64,000 nt of DNA from Lytechinus pictus (GCF_037042905.1 NC_087252.1:372001-436000), one strand, 5' to 3'; shown: positions 39,801 through 53,664, counted from the stretch's first letter. The notes: generated by a model not told the origin, from the letters alone. Numbers and translations are program-made.

Positions 39801-42800
39801 ATGCACCAGCTTTATGATGGATTTGTTTGAACTTTTTGGGGTTGTGTCTCGTAGATATTTCATTGAATTGGACATAGTCTTGAACGGGAATTGAGACTAG
39901 TCCATTCACCATCTTATGGTGCTTCTAGTTTTCAGTGTGGCCCAGCCTAAATCCTTTAGGGCCCCTGTAACAGCACCATCTTCTCTTGAATAGTTGTTAG
40001 TACAGAATCTCGCTGCTTGTCTTTCGATTCGTTCAAGAGAGTTGATGAGTGCCAAAATTGATAAATGTATCATTATTTTTCCTTTTACTGATTAAAATAA
40101 ATTAATTTCATCTTGTTTATGGTCAAAGTAAAGTATCCAGATTCCTATAAAGAGTTTGTGAATCAAAAATTAACATTTTAGGGGTATTATTCAGTTGATT
40201 AGAGCAAACTTCTGATTTAAAAAAAAAGTTAGCATTTCAAAATTAGCATAAATAATATTTATCATTAATTTTTTTCACAGAATTTTATCTTACAGTTTTG
40301 TAGATTATGCCATGGGTATTGTGCGTGTCAATTTTTGTCGCAATCGTGCGGTGATCATAAGGGGGGGGGGGCTGAATCATCCCACCACCCTGTTTTTATT
40401 GGTGTCAAAATAGCCCAGTCTACATGAATGTAGGTTAAAGTAAATTTCAAATTTATGAATGTTGTATGAGGTTTGGATGTATAAAATGCAAATAAACACA
40501 AAGTAACAAATCAGAAACTGAGTTATAGGGTGTATTTAATAAGGCATTTTTTTAGTGCAAACAGATACAGTTTCATCTCTACATTATGCATTTAAAATCG
40601 CTGATGTGATTTACGATACACCATGTGTAGTGTCATAGAAACAGTGGATAGAAGAAGAGAAGAAATGGATAGGTGAGAAAGTGGAGATTTGAGAGTAGAG
40701 TATTCTTTCTTGACAGTAGTCCTGAAAAGGACTGTAAACCAGGAAAGATTGAAGAGTTGAGAACAGCTTGAGTAGTAGAGCTGATGAGGAGATGCTGGCT
40801 TGAGTCGGCGAGTAGAGATGATGAGTAGTAGAGAGACTCTTCTGAAGATGGACAGTCAACCTGCCCGAAACGTCGAGTCTCTCTACTACTCATCATCTCT
40901 ACTCGCCGACTCAAGCCAGCATCTCCTCATCAGCTCTACTACTCAAGCTGTTCTCAACTCTTCAATCTTTCCTGGTTTACAGTCCTTTTCAGGACTACTT
41001 TCAAGAAAGAATACTCTACTCTCAAATCTCCACTTTCTCGCCTATCCATTTCTTCTCTTCTTCTATCCACTGTTTCTATGACACTACACATGGTGTACCG
41101 TAAACCACATCAGCGATTGTACATACCACCATGCAAACCTTTAAACAACATTATGCATTTAATTTTTATGACAGCATTTGAACATATCCATGTTTTTTTC
41201 TTCTCTCTTTAACAGTTTCAAAGAGTGCTTTGCTGAGACATACTGTGAAAACCTGTGAACGACATACACAATTCTGTAGGAACTGATCTCGTTCAAGTGA
41301 CACTTTTTCTTGTTCAATCAACATGGATCTAATGAGACAGAATGTAATTCTGGCTGTTCTGACTGGACTCGTATTGTTCTCTGTCCTGTCTTGTGCAACG
41401 AGTAATGAAATCTCTTCTTGTGTGGACAGTAATGAGGTGGAGTGTGTTGATTTTGACAACACAGACAACTATTGTAAGGTTGGAGAAAACATTTCAGCAC
41501 GGGTTGATATTAGACTACTTAAAGAGGATCTTGAATTGATCCTCTATGAACTGGAACGAGTATCACTCGTCAGCATCGATAAAACCTTGACATCTGGAAA
41601 CACTGTCAAAGACAAGAACTTTGGAAGTCGTTTCCAAGTTGCCACCAACATAAAACCAGCAGAAGAATTTGGAAAACTTGAGATCCAAATGACCTTAGAG
41701 AATTTTAAGCGGAGTGATACAACGCTGATGCATGTGGACATAAGACTCGAGAACAAGATGATTAGTACACAGGGAAAAGCATTCTTCCCAGTACAGCCTG
41801 AACAAACAATCCCAGAAGTAACAACTACAGCAGTAACTCCTAATAAAAAAGATGATGTACATGTAGCAGTATTTCAAATCCTACAGGACATGAACAATAC
41901 AACGAATGGGTTACTTGACAGAATGGACAGGATTGAGCAAACAGATAGTGAAAGCGACTTACATGTATGGCACCTGCATGAAAACCTTACAAAAGGAGAG
42001 CAAAGCAAACCTGAACATGTATATGGCATGTATGTGTACATATGTATAATGACCACCTTAATAGTGATTTTAGAAATCATGTATTTCGCCTGGAAACTGT
42101 ATGAGAGGAGGCGACCAAGGAATTCTTCACACTCTGCAAGAGTAAGTGTGCATAACCTAACTAAAACAAACATCTGTCTACAAGTACCCTTTCATGTAAC
42201 AAAATCAGGAAGTGGACTCCCTTCAATCCTGAACTCACAAGAACACAAAGCATTTGAACAGCCTGGATCCTAGTGGACAAATTTGGGATGCATGCAGTGA
42301 ATCTATAGTTAAAATGTAAATACTGTACACTGTAATATACATTCTTTAAAACTCATTTTAAATTTTGGTAACCACCCCCCCCCCTCCTTAGAAAACAATT
42401 CTGACTAGTATTCAAATTAATTAAATCATATGATATTGTATGCAATAAAACAGTTATGATGCTAATGGCTTTGATTCTTTCAAAGTGCTTCATTAAATAA
42501 ATTTTGATAGTATGGAAATTGTTGATCATCATGGTAGTATAAAATCGGTAAAGGAAATAATCTGTGGTCTTATGATGTGGCAAACTGAAATTGCAACGTT
42601 TTGACTGCACCTGCTAGTCTTCGTCAGGCAATGAGGTGGACAATCGCTGTGGTGCCTTTTATACCGTAAGCCGCGTGCCATCGGTGCCGGAACTGCCGTG
42701 CTACAATTGGTCGGAGTAACCGACCAATTGTAGGCCGCGGATGGCGCGATCGCTGGGCCCTAAATCCCATCGGCTGCGGGCCGCATGGAAAGCGGGCAAT

Positions 42801-45800
42801 TTGCGGACGTTGTTATCAGCGGCAGCTGTACAAATACTAGTGTGATTAGATGTGGACGTCGGAGGGTGATTCACCGATGAGCATCAGGCGGTCATAGGGG
42901 GAGCATGCCGGCGAATGGTCGGAAGCCATTCCTCGGGGATGTCAATGCTGTTATCCCTGTTAACATTATTCGGATGTAGGTGGATTTGGATAGCCTCTTT
43001 AACATGCCATGTGTACCAGTGCTTATCCCGCGCTATGCAGCTTACCTCGTCCCAATTGGGAGGGTGCTATGCAAGCCAAGCATGTTCTGCTAATCCCCAA
43101 CTATCTATGCGCCGGTGCTCGACATCTCAGGGATGTTCTAGCATTCTTTCGCTAACGGGTCTGCCCGTTTCCCCAATATAAACCTTGTCACAAGCACTGC
43201 ATGGTATCTTGTAGATAACGCTATCGAGTCTACCGGGCAGCGTGGGGTCTTTGGGGCACACTAGCTGTTTAGACTTGAAAACGGCGTGTATGCTATACTT
43301 CTCTAAGTGTCGGCGGAGCTGGCAAGAAATAGAATTGACAAACGGTAGAACAACGGTAGACTTGCCTTGCACAACTTCTTTATCGGTGGCGTTCTTCCTC
43401 TTGGTTACGCAGTTGAGAAAGGAGCACGGGTAACCATGGGAAATGAGAGCAGAAGCAATGCATTGCTTCTCAGCGGCGGCGGATTGTGGCTTCGATACAA
43501 AGCGCGATGCCCTGTCATAAAGGCCTTTAACTACCGTACCCTGTGTTTGACGGACTGGAGATGATGCGAATCATAAGCTAAATATTGATCTGTGTGCGTA
43601 GGTTTCCTTTACCGGTTAAGATAAAGTTTTCAGGAAATTGATATTTATTTTGATTGGGTGCCAATCCACTACTTTAAAATGGGTATTCATCCTATTTATA
43701 TATTGTATCAAGCATGGCATTGGCCAACATATAACCAGTCGTTAACAAACTTGATGGTTACTACATTTTTGAAAGGTTGAAGTGTCAGATAATGATGAAG
43801 TGTAATTCACAACTGCAAGCAGAATAATGCTCTTTTATTGTAAAAACAGAAAGAGCATCTTTTCAAAACAATGTATATCAATCAGAACATTGGCAAATTA
43901 ATTGGATCGAAAACTTTCAGAGATAAATCTATGATTTTATATTAACAAGGTAATGTATAATGAACAAGATTGTATAGCAATTATATTGTCAAAAGTAATT
44001 GACACTGCCATCAACTGTTTCATAATTATTACCATCAGACTGTATGTACAACTACCACATTATCTTAATAAATCTGTAAAGCGGGTAGAATCACTGTCTT
44101 TATTGAGCAGTAGTTAAAAGCTGAGTATTTTCAAAATCTGCATAAATGTACCTGTTAACATAAAATACAGGCATTAATCAATTATCATGATCTTATTTTA
44201 TAACACATCTTTATCACATATTTGTCATCATTTCTGTAGGTGTCACGTAATCTGGTAGACAGAAGTGTCAATATTTTGGTATGGTTGGGCACTGATGGAA
44301 AACGACCAATACAAGAAGACCTTGACAAACGGATCCAGAGGGAATACAGCATAATCAATATACCACCAGAACAAACTGCCATCATTTCAGGCCAAGATCC
44401 CAAATCATCATGTCCTGTAGAAGGAGAGCCACTGATAAATAATGACAAATGTACATGCAGATTTGTGCCTGGCAGGTATATAAATATGTAATGGCTACCA
44501 AGGATCTATCATCTAGCAAAAACTAAACCTAACGAAAACACATAAATAATAACTTTTTCCTAGAGGCAACTTTCTACTAATTTACTACACCTGAGGCTTG
44601 TCAATGATATACATACTAAATATGAGAGAAAGTTGCCAAAATGGAAAATATTTTCTTTTTTTTTCATTTGTAAGGGATAGGCCTATGTACATATTGTACA
44701 CATTGTAAATAACTTTAAAAGTCTATTCAAATACATGTATATAAAGGTCTATAGTATATTGAAAATTTTAACATGAAAACAAATGTTGCATTTTTACATG
44801 AAAACATTGAAAGTATTGGACTAAGTGCCCTTAATGACAAATTGTGTAGGGGACCCATGCAGGGACCCATTGCATAAAATATACCATTATGGTAGCTTTG
44901 GTATGCAATGGTTACTTTCATGGAATCCTTGATTTTGATTGGCTGATGAGTATTGTTACCGTGGTAGAAATTACCAATGGATAGCAAAGTTACTTGTACT
45001 ATACTTTGGCCTGCATTCTGAAGTTTTAAAGTTAAAGATTTAAAGTTACGGTTCAACTATGGAGAGCCAATCGAAGCACAAATCCCTAACAGTCCACATT
45101 CAATTATTAACTCATTTGACACCCAAATTGCTCATAATTGTCTGGGAATGATAACTGAAGTATTTTTCTTCATTATGAAAGCAAAATGAAACCAAATAGT
45201 AAACATAAGAAATATACAATATTTTTTTTTTGTATTTTGGCTTCCCATAGTTTTAGCACTGAGTTAGACCATGGTCTAAGTTAATCCTGACTTCAAAATA
45301 CGGGCCTTTATTTGCAAATGGGCCCCAGGAGTCGGTTTTTGTTACTTTTATAACCTCCAAGAATGACCCATATATAAACATAATCGATTAATATTAATAT
45401 TACATGTATCTTTTCATTGCAAATAAGTACTGTACCATATCATTATCAATATTGGTACAAATGCTAGAAATGTTTTCTTTCATTCATTTATTTCTCGTCT
45501 TCTCTCTTGTCTTGCCAAGATTGGTTATTCGTTTGTCATCATTGTCATTGTGATTTGTCATAATTGTAGTTGATTTCTTCTGATTTATCTACCTAGTAGT
45601 CCCAAGCAGGCCAACAAGCTGATTCAACCTTTTCAACTGCCAATACTGAATTTACTTAGAATGGTTACAACAATTCACCTTTCATTCGCTTGTTTTTAAA
45701 ATACATCATTATAGTTTGGTTTAATATTGAAGTACCATCTAATTCCATTCAGTGTACTAAATTTAGGAGTGAATAATTTTTTTCTTTCCTGACATACACA

Positions 45801-48800
45801 TTTTCTCATAGCTGCCCAGAACTAATATCACCTTTGCACTTTTATCATTATGTAATACCATTTGAATTTTGAATTTAGATATGGAAAAGTTTGTGTAATT
45901 TCTTGATTGTTTTGTAACAATGCTTATTGGTTGATTTTATGTGTATTTTTAGTTACTGTTTTGTAAAATTCATTTAAGATACTTACGAGCTGCATGTTTT
46001 ATCAAGTCTTGAATCTTGAAAGCAATTCATGATTACATTTTTTTATGCAAATGCAGAACTTCTAGATCTATGATGCTTTTTGTTGGTATTACAACTGTCC
46101 TTCATTTTACAGTCATGAAATCATTGTTTGCTGTTAATGGTGGGGGATACTATTATCACCTTTGCACTTCAATCATTGTAATACCATTTGAATTTTGAAT
46201 TAAGATATGGAATTGTTTGGGTATTTCTTAATTTTTTGTAAGGTCTTTTTCTGTTGATTATATGTAGAAAACTGGATTAGCACTCCTTGCAACCCCACCC
46301 CCCACAGTCTTTTATTGGACATGTGTATTCACAATTTTCTATCTTAATCTAATTTGTTTTATGTCCCTACTGTATATATGTATATATATAACATTTTATT
46401 TATTATTTTCTTATCTGCATTTTTTTTTAAAGCAAACTATTGATATTCTTCCTACTTGTGTCTTTTGCATTTTTACTGTAAAAAAGGTGTTGTTGAGTTT
46501 ATTCTGATTTGTTTTAACCTCATTGGTAATGTATATGAATGAATGTATTACAGTCATACTTCTCTTATTATCCGGCCTCCCCTTATCCGGATCTCTCTAT
46601 TATCCGGACGCCTTTAAATTGAACTGACACTGCAGTGAATACTGTGTGTACGCCCACTATATTAGATAATGTGTAGCTACTACATGTATAGGGGAGGTAG
46701 CTGCATGTGTTTGATATTGGGTCTCCCAGATCCGGATAAATCTCTTATCCGGATTGGTGCTGGTCCCAACGTGTCCGAATAAGAGAGGTCTGGCTGTAAT
46801 TTTGTTTGTGCCTTTCAGTGGAAAGAAAAAATAAAACTTTTCTAACAGTGTTATTTTGTGTGTAGATTTCTATTTCTGTGGAAATACTAAAGTTTCCTCA
46901 AAATCTCTTATAAAGTCAAGGGAGAAATCATAACACATTCATTACAAATAAAAAAAAAATCAGTTCTTAAACAAGCTAAAATAAGACAGGGTTTACATGT
47001 AGAATAAAAAAAATTGTATAGATCTCCTAATAGAGACCATACAAAAAAAATTACATTTTTTACGTCCCACAAAATAACAAACACAATATTATACGTTTTA
47101 CTTGCATACATGTATATATATTTATCAATGCTAATGCAGACAAATTCTTTTCAAGATGCACATATAATTTCTATGGATGTATTCAGCAAAATATACATAG
47201 TCATCGACACCACACCATACAGATACAATATACAGAGGGAGTGCAAAAAGAGAAACAAGACCAATGTAGAGAGTGAGGGGTGAAAGAGAGAAAGAAAAAA
47301 AGGAAAGATAAGGAAAGAGGGGAGACTTTTGAAGTGTAATAAAGAGATGTCCCGTAAGTCAGGGTAATGATAATATCAGGGCCTGATGGGGGAACAGATT
47401 TAGGAAATGAAGTGGTTATCCTGGATACATAAACTGTTATTATTATAAATATTATTTTCATCATATTCATCATCATCATCATCATCATCATCATTATCAA
47501 CAACATCATCATCATCATCACCATATCATCATCATCATCATCATCACCACCACCATCATCATCATTATCACCACCATCATCATCTTTATCAACATCATCA
47601 ACATCATCATAATTATTATTACTATTATTATTAGCAATGATCATAGAACATTTTTCTACCATTGATTGCATTGACTACAATGTACAATCAGTCATGAAAA
47701 ACAAGCAAACAGTTAATCGCTAACCTTTGTGTTACAGAACTGGACTATTTATCCTTTGATTTTCAACCGTAAAATTGAATCCTGTTTATTCATGCTTTTT
47801 CATATTTCATAAGTTACATTCAAACAATCTCAAAGGAAAAAAGAAGTTTAAACTAGATACACACAGATTCATAGAAGAGATTGTTGCAATTAGAATGAAA
47901 AATTTCATTTTATAAACTGCATTAAACCCTCTTTCAGAACTTTCTCAAAATGGATGCCAAGCCAAAGTATGTCACCCCCATTCCCCCTCCCAAACAGGGC
48001 ACCATGCTAGATATAGTTTGGCAGGGAAAAGAAGGTTAACAAAGTCTGAATTTTACGAACTTTCACACTTAATGACAGGGATAATAGCAGGGATCATGCT
48101 AGCTTAAGATATATTAAATTGTGAAGTCATAGTTTAACATTTCATCGAGGATTTATTATTCACAATTCGTGATCATTGATACTGAAATATGCAATATAAT
48201 GTTTCCCCATAATAAATCCAGAATATCGTTGCAAAACTATTAGACTCTAAGATATCTGGCTGTTTTTATCAGCTACATGTACATGTATATTAGGTTGCTT
48301 TTCATAGTTATGAGCTATAGACAATGGGATTTACATTCAACCAATTTTCAGCCTCCTATTAGAGTACCCAAATTCCATGACAACTAATTTCCTAATGAAC
48401 ATTCCACTAAATGGTATAGGGGTGTTTTACTTACCTACTTATATATACTTCCTATTGATGATAAGAAAAGGGAGATTGAAATCAAACCAGTTTTTGCCCC
48501 ACCCTTATATTAACAGTGAACTCCAAATTTACATTCTATTATGAAATATAGGGGGTTAATCTAACCTGTTATTACATCCCTCTCATGGGCCATGAGGGAA
48601 ATCAGGTTGAAACTAAACCAGTTTCCAACCCCTCTAGTCAATTACAAAATCACATTATATCTATTATCTTAGAACTATTCCATTCTGAGATATAGGGGTG
48701 TTCTGCTTACCTGTTCATTATAACCCTCTGATGGGCTATGAGGGAGATCAGGTTGAAATCAAACAAGTTTACAACCCCTCTATACTAGAAGTGGATTAAA

Positions 48801-51800
48801 AAATTACACTACATTAATACCATGGTCACATTTGCTCTACGGCGGCCATACGGCGAGTCGAAAACAGCCGTTTTATTAATTTTAATTCAAACCATCTATA
48901 TACAGCTGGTACAAAAATGTTAAAACGGCTGTTTTCAACTCGCCGTACGGCCGCCATAGAGTAAATGTGAACATGGTATTACTATCTTAGGACTATTCCA
49001 TTATGAAAATTAGGGGTGTTTTGCTTACCTGGTGATTACATCCCTTTGATGAGCCATGAGGGAAATTAGGTTACTAATCTTCTGTATCTGAGCAGGGAAG
49101 AGGAGAAGCTTCAACTCGGTCCGATCGACCTGTTCCTCAACGACGACCTTGACCTTTGGCCTCTCCGGAGGAAGGACGACCTTCATGGTGTCCACAGGAC
49201 GGCTCTTTATTTCACCAGCTGAACAAGGATAAAAGATAGTATACAAATAATGAATGTTCATGAGTGCAATGGACAGAATACTTCATGAGGTGAAAGATGA
49301 AATGATCCATTCAACGAGGCGTAACCGATTTGAATGGATCATTATTTCATCTTTCACCGAATGAAGTATTCTGTCCATTGTACGAATGAAAAACATTCAT
49401 TATTTGGTTTATATGACACCTAAATTTTTTTTTTTCATATGAAATTCATGAATTTTGATGCAAAACATGCTCATGCAGTGCAAGTTTGGTCTGTTGATTG
49501 TTATGTCACTACAACACGCGCACTGCTGGTGCTTGAGCTTGGTGCGCGAGTGCAATGGACAAAATCGTATGGATCCAAAATTGCATGATGAATGGATCCA
49601 AAATTGCACAGTTGATGACGTCATTGCAAAATGGGCTGAATGAACGATATCAAACAACCAATCAAATCACAAGGATCAATCTAGGTGTCATATAATAAAG
49701 AAAATATCCGTCATACATGTAATAATAATCTGAACATGTGATTGGTCCACACCTCGTCATGTGACCAAAGATAGTTCCAACCAATGACACAAAATTAACG
49801 AAAATGCCATGAATCCCGACATCATGATGTCACAAGCCGGGAATAGTACCCTGAGCCGTGATTAGTTACAGCTTGATAAACATGGCTTAGGGCCATCGTA
49901 TGGAGATCTTTAACAGAGAGCTTGCATACACGCAGTGAGCAATCAACTCAATTTTCATTAACAAGTCCCCATTCAATAACCGGGATTCCTTACTGTTATT
50001 ATATTCAGTGACATTTCCCATCAGTTGTATTCAATGATAGTACCGATGACAGATATCAACAAAATATATCAATCTCAGTGATGGAAATGCGACAATTTGC
50101 GTAGGCTGTGAAATGATATTGCCTTCCCTCATAAAGACCATTATTGACCATTTCAAAATTTTCATGCAATTTTTTGTTTTATTGCTGCAGCAGAGATTTT
50201 TTATGTTGGCATTGCTGGCTTTCCATAGTTGCGGTTGATCTGATCAATAGCAACTCTCTCTTTAAGACATGGCCCTGTTACCATTCTCAAACCTCAATAA
50301 AAATACTTACTGACATCACTAGCCTCTTCATTGATCACAGAGTGCATACTGCCCTCCTCTTGGATGGGAGTGGCAGGTTGAGGGATTGCTGGTTCGTTAA
50401 GACTCCATTGTGAACCTCGGTATGAGTGGGAGCTCTGTCTGCCAGTCTGTGAGACGACCGTGCTGTTATTATCCGCAGCGGAATTATCAATGTTGTTATT
50501 TGCTGGAGGAGAAACAGAGATGATCATCAAGTAAGGTTCATATTACATTCACTTAACCATTTGGAGTAAATGAACGATAACTAATTGAATAAAATGCCCT
50601 ACACATTGAAACAACACACAAATTCACACCTCACCATATAGTAAAAAAAAAGGCACAAGAAATAAAGAAATTCTTAGTATATTGTATACCAAAAAGATTA
50701 ATAAACAGGCACATTGAATCAGCTCTGATTGAATAAAATTAAGTGGAAATAGTAAAAACTTAAGCAGTGATCTGAGATCAAATTTTGATTTTTACCAAAC
50801 TTTCACTGAGCTTTCAACCTAACCGATTCAAGAGGACACAACACTGAGACTTCCCCTCCCGTTTCTTTAGGTATTCAAATTCTTACCTTCTTTCCTGAGT
50901 TCTTTCCTAAGTCTTGCTTTCTTCTCTTTCTCATCTTCAATTCCTTTCAGCATCACCACTGCTGATTGGATGCTAGTATTCATCTTAGTCAAGATATCCT
51001 GAAAATAAGACCATGAAATAGATAATAATAATCAGTTCTTGTATAGTGCAACATTATACATAACATCTCTATGCGCTTCCAAAGGCCTTGGATACTATTA
51101 CCCAGGCTGTAGATCAAGCAGCTAGCTTCCATCACTCGGCATTTCAAGGAATAAATTCCTGCCAGGTACCCATTCACCTCACCTGGGTTGAGTGCAGCAC
51201 AATGTGGATAAATTTCTTGCTGAAGGAAACTAGGCCATGGCTGGGGTTTGAACCCACGACCCTCTATTTCAAAGTCTGGAGACTAATCCACTGGGCCACA
51301 ACGCTCCATATCAAAATGTCATCTCCAATGCTCAAAAACCCTTGGAATGATCTCAAAGGGAATGGACAAAGTGTATACACTGTGTGGAGGCATGCATAGA
51401 TATGGTGACTGGGGTAATAATGAATCAGAAAAGTGCTTAGAGACATTGTTCCAAGGTATTAAGTGCTATATAGAAATGGAATATTATGATTATCAACCCT
51501 TATGGTCCTGGGTTATTTTGATTCTTGTCACTGTCCGGTCGGAAAGGGGATTGATTATACCCCCTCCTAAGATCTCAGCCTTGGATTGTGTGCTCGTGAC
51601 AAAACATTCGTAATTTTGGGTCTGACATGCACTTACATAACAATGTGTATTTTCATAACCACATACCCGGGCGTCACAACTTTGATGTCAAAAGTTCCTT
51701 GAGACTTGAAAGTAAAATGTCAGCGAGCCATGGGGCCCAACAAATTCGTGCGGTGCATTTATAGTGAAAAATCCTCATAAAGTTACCTTGAGTGAGTCTT

Positions 51801-53633
51801 TCTCTCCGCCATCCACTGCCTTAAGACCTCTCTCCACCTGATCACCAAGCTGTATCTGCATCGCTAGATAAACCACCTCTGTCACATGTTCTAACATCCA
51901 TGACTTTGTAGGAGGTTCTTTGGTAGTCTCTAAGGGTCCTTCCTGTTGGGATTCTCTGGTACTTGGTCTCTTGGTTCTCTGTCCAGTCCTGCTCCCGGCT
52001 CGGCTACCAGCACGACTCCCTGGACCTCCTGCATTTAAGAAAATAATTTAAATAACAGTTTGAAAAAAACGATGATCAAGGTAACATTTCATCATGCAGT
52101 CAATCCTATGTCAGTGCCACCTGTCTAAAGCAGCCAGCTATCTATAAAGGCCACATTTCATGTTTCCCTTAGGTGGTTCTTTACAATTTTTACTGCTTCA
52201 TTTTTATAATTATTCATATTTCATTCAGAGTCACCTTTCATCTCAGGAAGGGGGCCATTTCATAAAACTTGTTATGATAACAAATTTGCAATAACAAAGC
52301 TACTGAAATCATTCAATTTGATTGGCTGATAGTAAACTTATTGTAGAAATTCTTAATCAGTTATTATAAGAAATTTTTATGAAAAACGACCATGAAAAGT
52401 GTCTATGGTCTCTCCTATAAACTTAACCTTACACTGTCACATGTCAACATGCAATTTCATAAAACATGCTTTATTTTGCTAAAGACAGTACAATCCATGG
52501 TTCCTACAACATTATATTTTGTGCATCTTGTTGTTTTTTATGTTAATAATATAGGGTATTTATATTGCGCACATATCCACCTTGTTAGGTGCTCAAGGCG
52601 CTCCTATAGTAAGTAAAGCAAAGTAGTTAAAGGTCAAGTCCACCCCAGAATATTGTTGATTCGAATCGATAGAGAATAATCAAACAAACATAACGCTGCA
52701 AATTTCATCGAAATCGGATGTAAAATAAGAAAGTTATGACATTTTTAAGTTTTGCTTATTTTTCACAAAACAGTTAAATGCACAACTCAGTGATATGCAA
52801 ATGAGAGAGTCGATGATGTCCATCACTCACTATTTCTTTTGTTTTTTATTGTTTGAATAATACAATATTTCAATTTTTACAAATTCGGCAATAAGTACCA
52901 ACTTAACTTAACCATAGACTGTTAAAATAATGGTAATTCCACATGTTTAGGGAGAAATAAAACTTTGTTTCACTTGACAAGGAGGAAAAAATTAAAATAT
53001 TTCATATTTCATATAATAAAATACAAAAGAAATAGTGAGTGGGTGACGTCATCAGTCTGCCAATTTGCATACCGACCAGGATGTGCATATAATTGTTTTG
53101 TGAAATTAAGCGAAACTTTAAAATGTCATAACTTTCTTATTTTACATCCGATTTTGATGAAATTTTCAGTGTTTTGCTTGTTGGATTTTTCTCCTTTTTT
53201 TCAAATCAACATTTTGTTGGGGTGGACTTGTCCTTTAAGTAAAGCAAAGGTTAGGCATATATTGTGGAGCATAGGGGCCCAGTGGATAAGTCTCCAACTG
53301 TGAAACAGAAGGTCGTGGGTTCAAATCCCAGCCATGGCATAGTTTCCTTCAGCAAGAAATTTATCCACATTGTGCTGCACTCAACCCAGGTGAGGTGAAT
53401 GGGTACCTGACAGGAACTTATTCCTTGAAATGCACTAAGCACTGGAAGGCTGCTCGAGCTACAGCCGGGGTAATAATATCCAAGTCCTTTGGAAGTGCAT
53501 AGAGACGTTATTCATAATGTGATATGCGCTACACAAGAACTGACTTTTATTATTATACATTTATGTACATGAATTACAATTTGGTCTGCATTGCAATGTT
53601 TGGTTATATTAACTTGTTTTGTCTGTCTGTTGT

Positions 53634-53664
<31 letters not shown>

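Noticed and set aside
53266..53345. tRNA genes
   Set aside because: tRNA-like heads continue into a SINE core and tail, with no intact cloverleaf.
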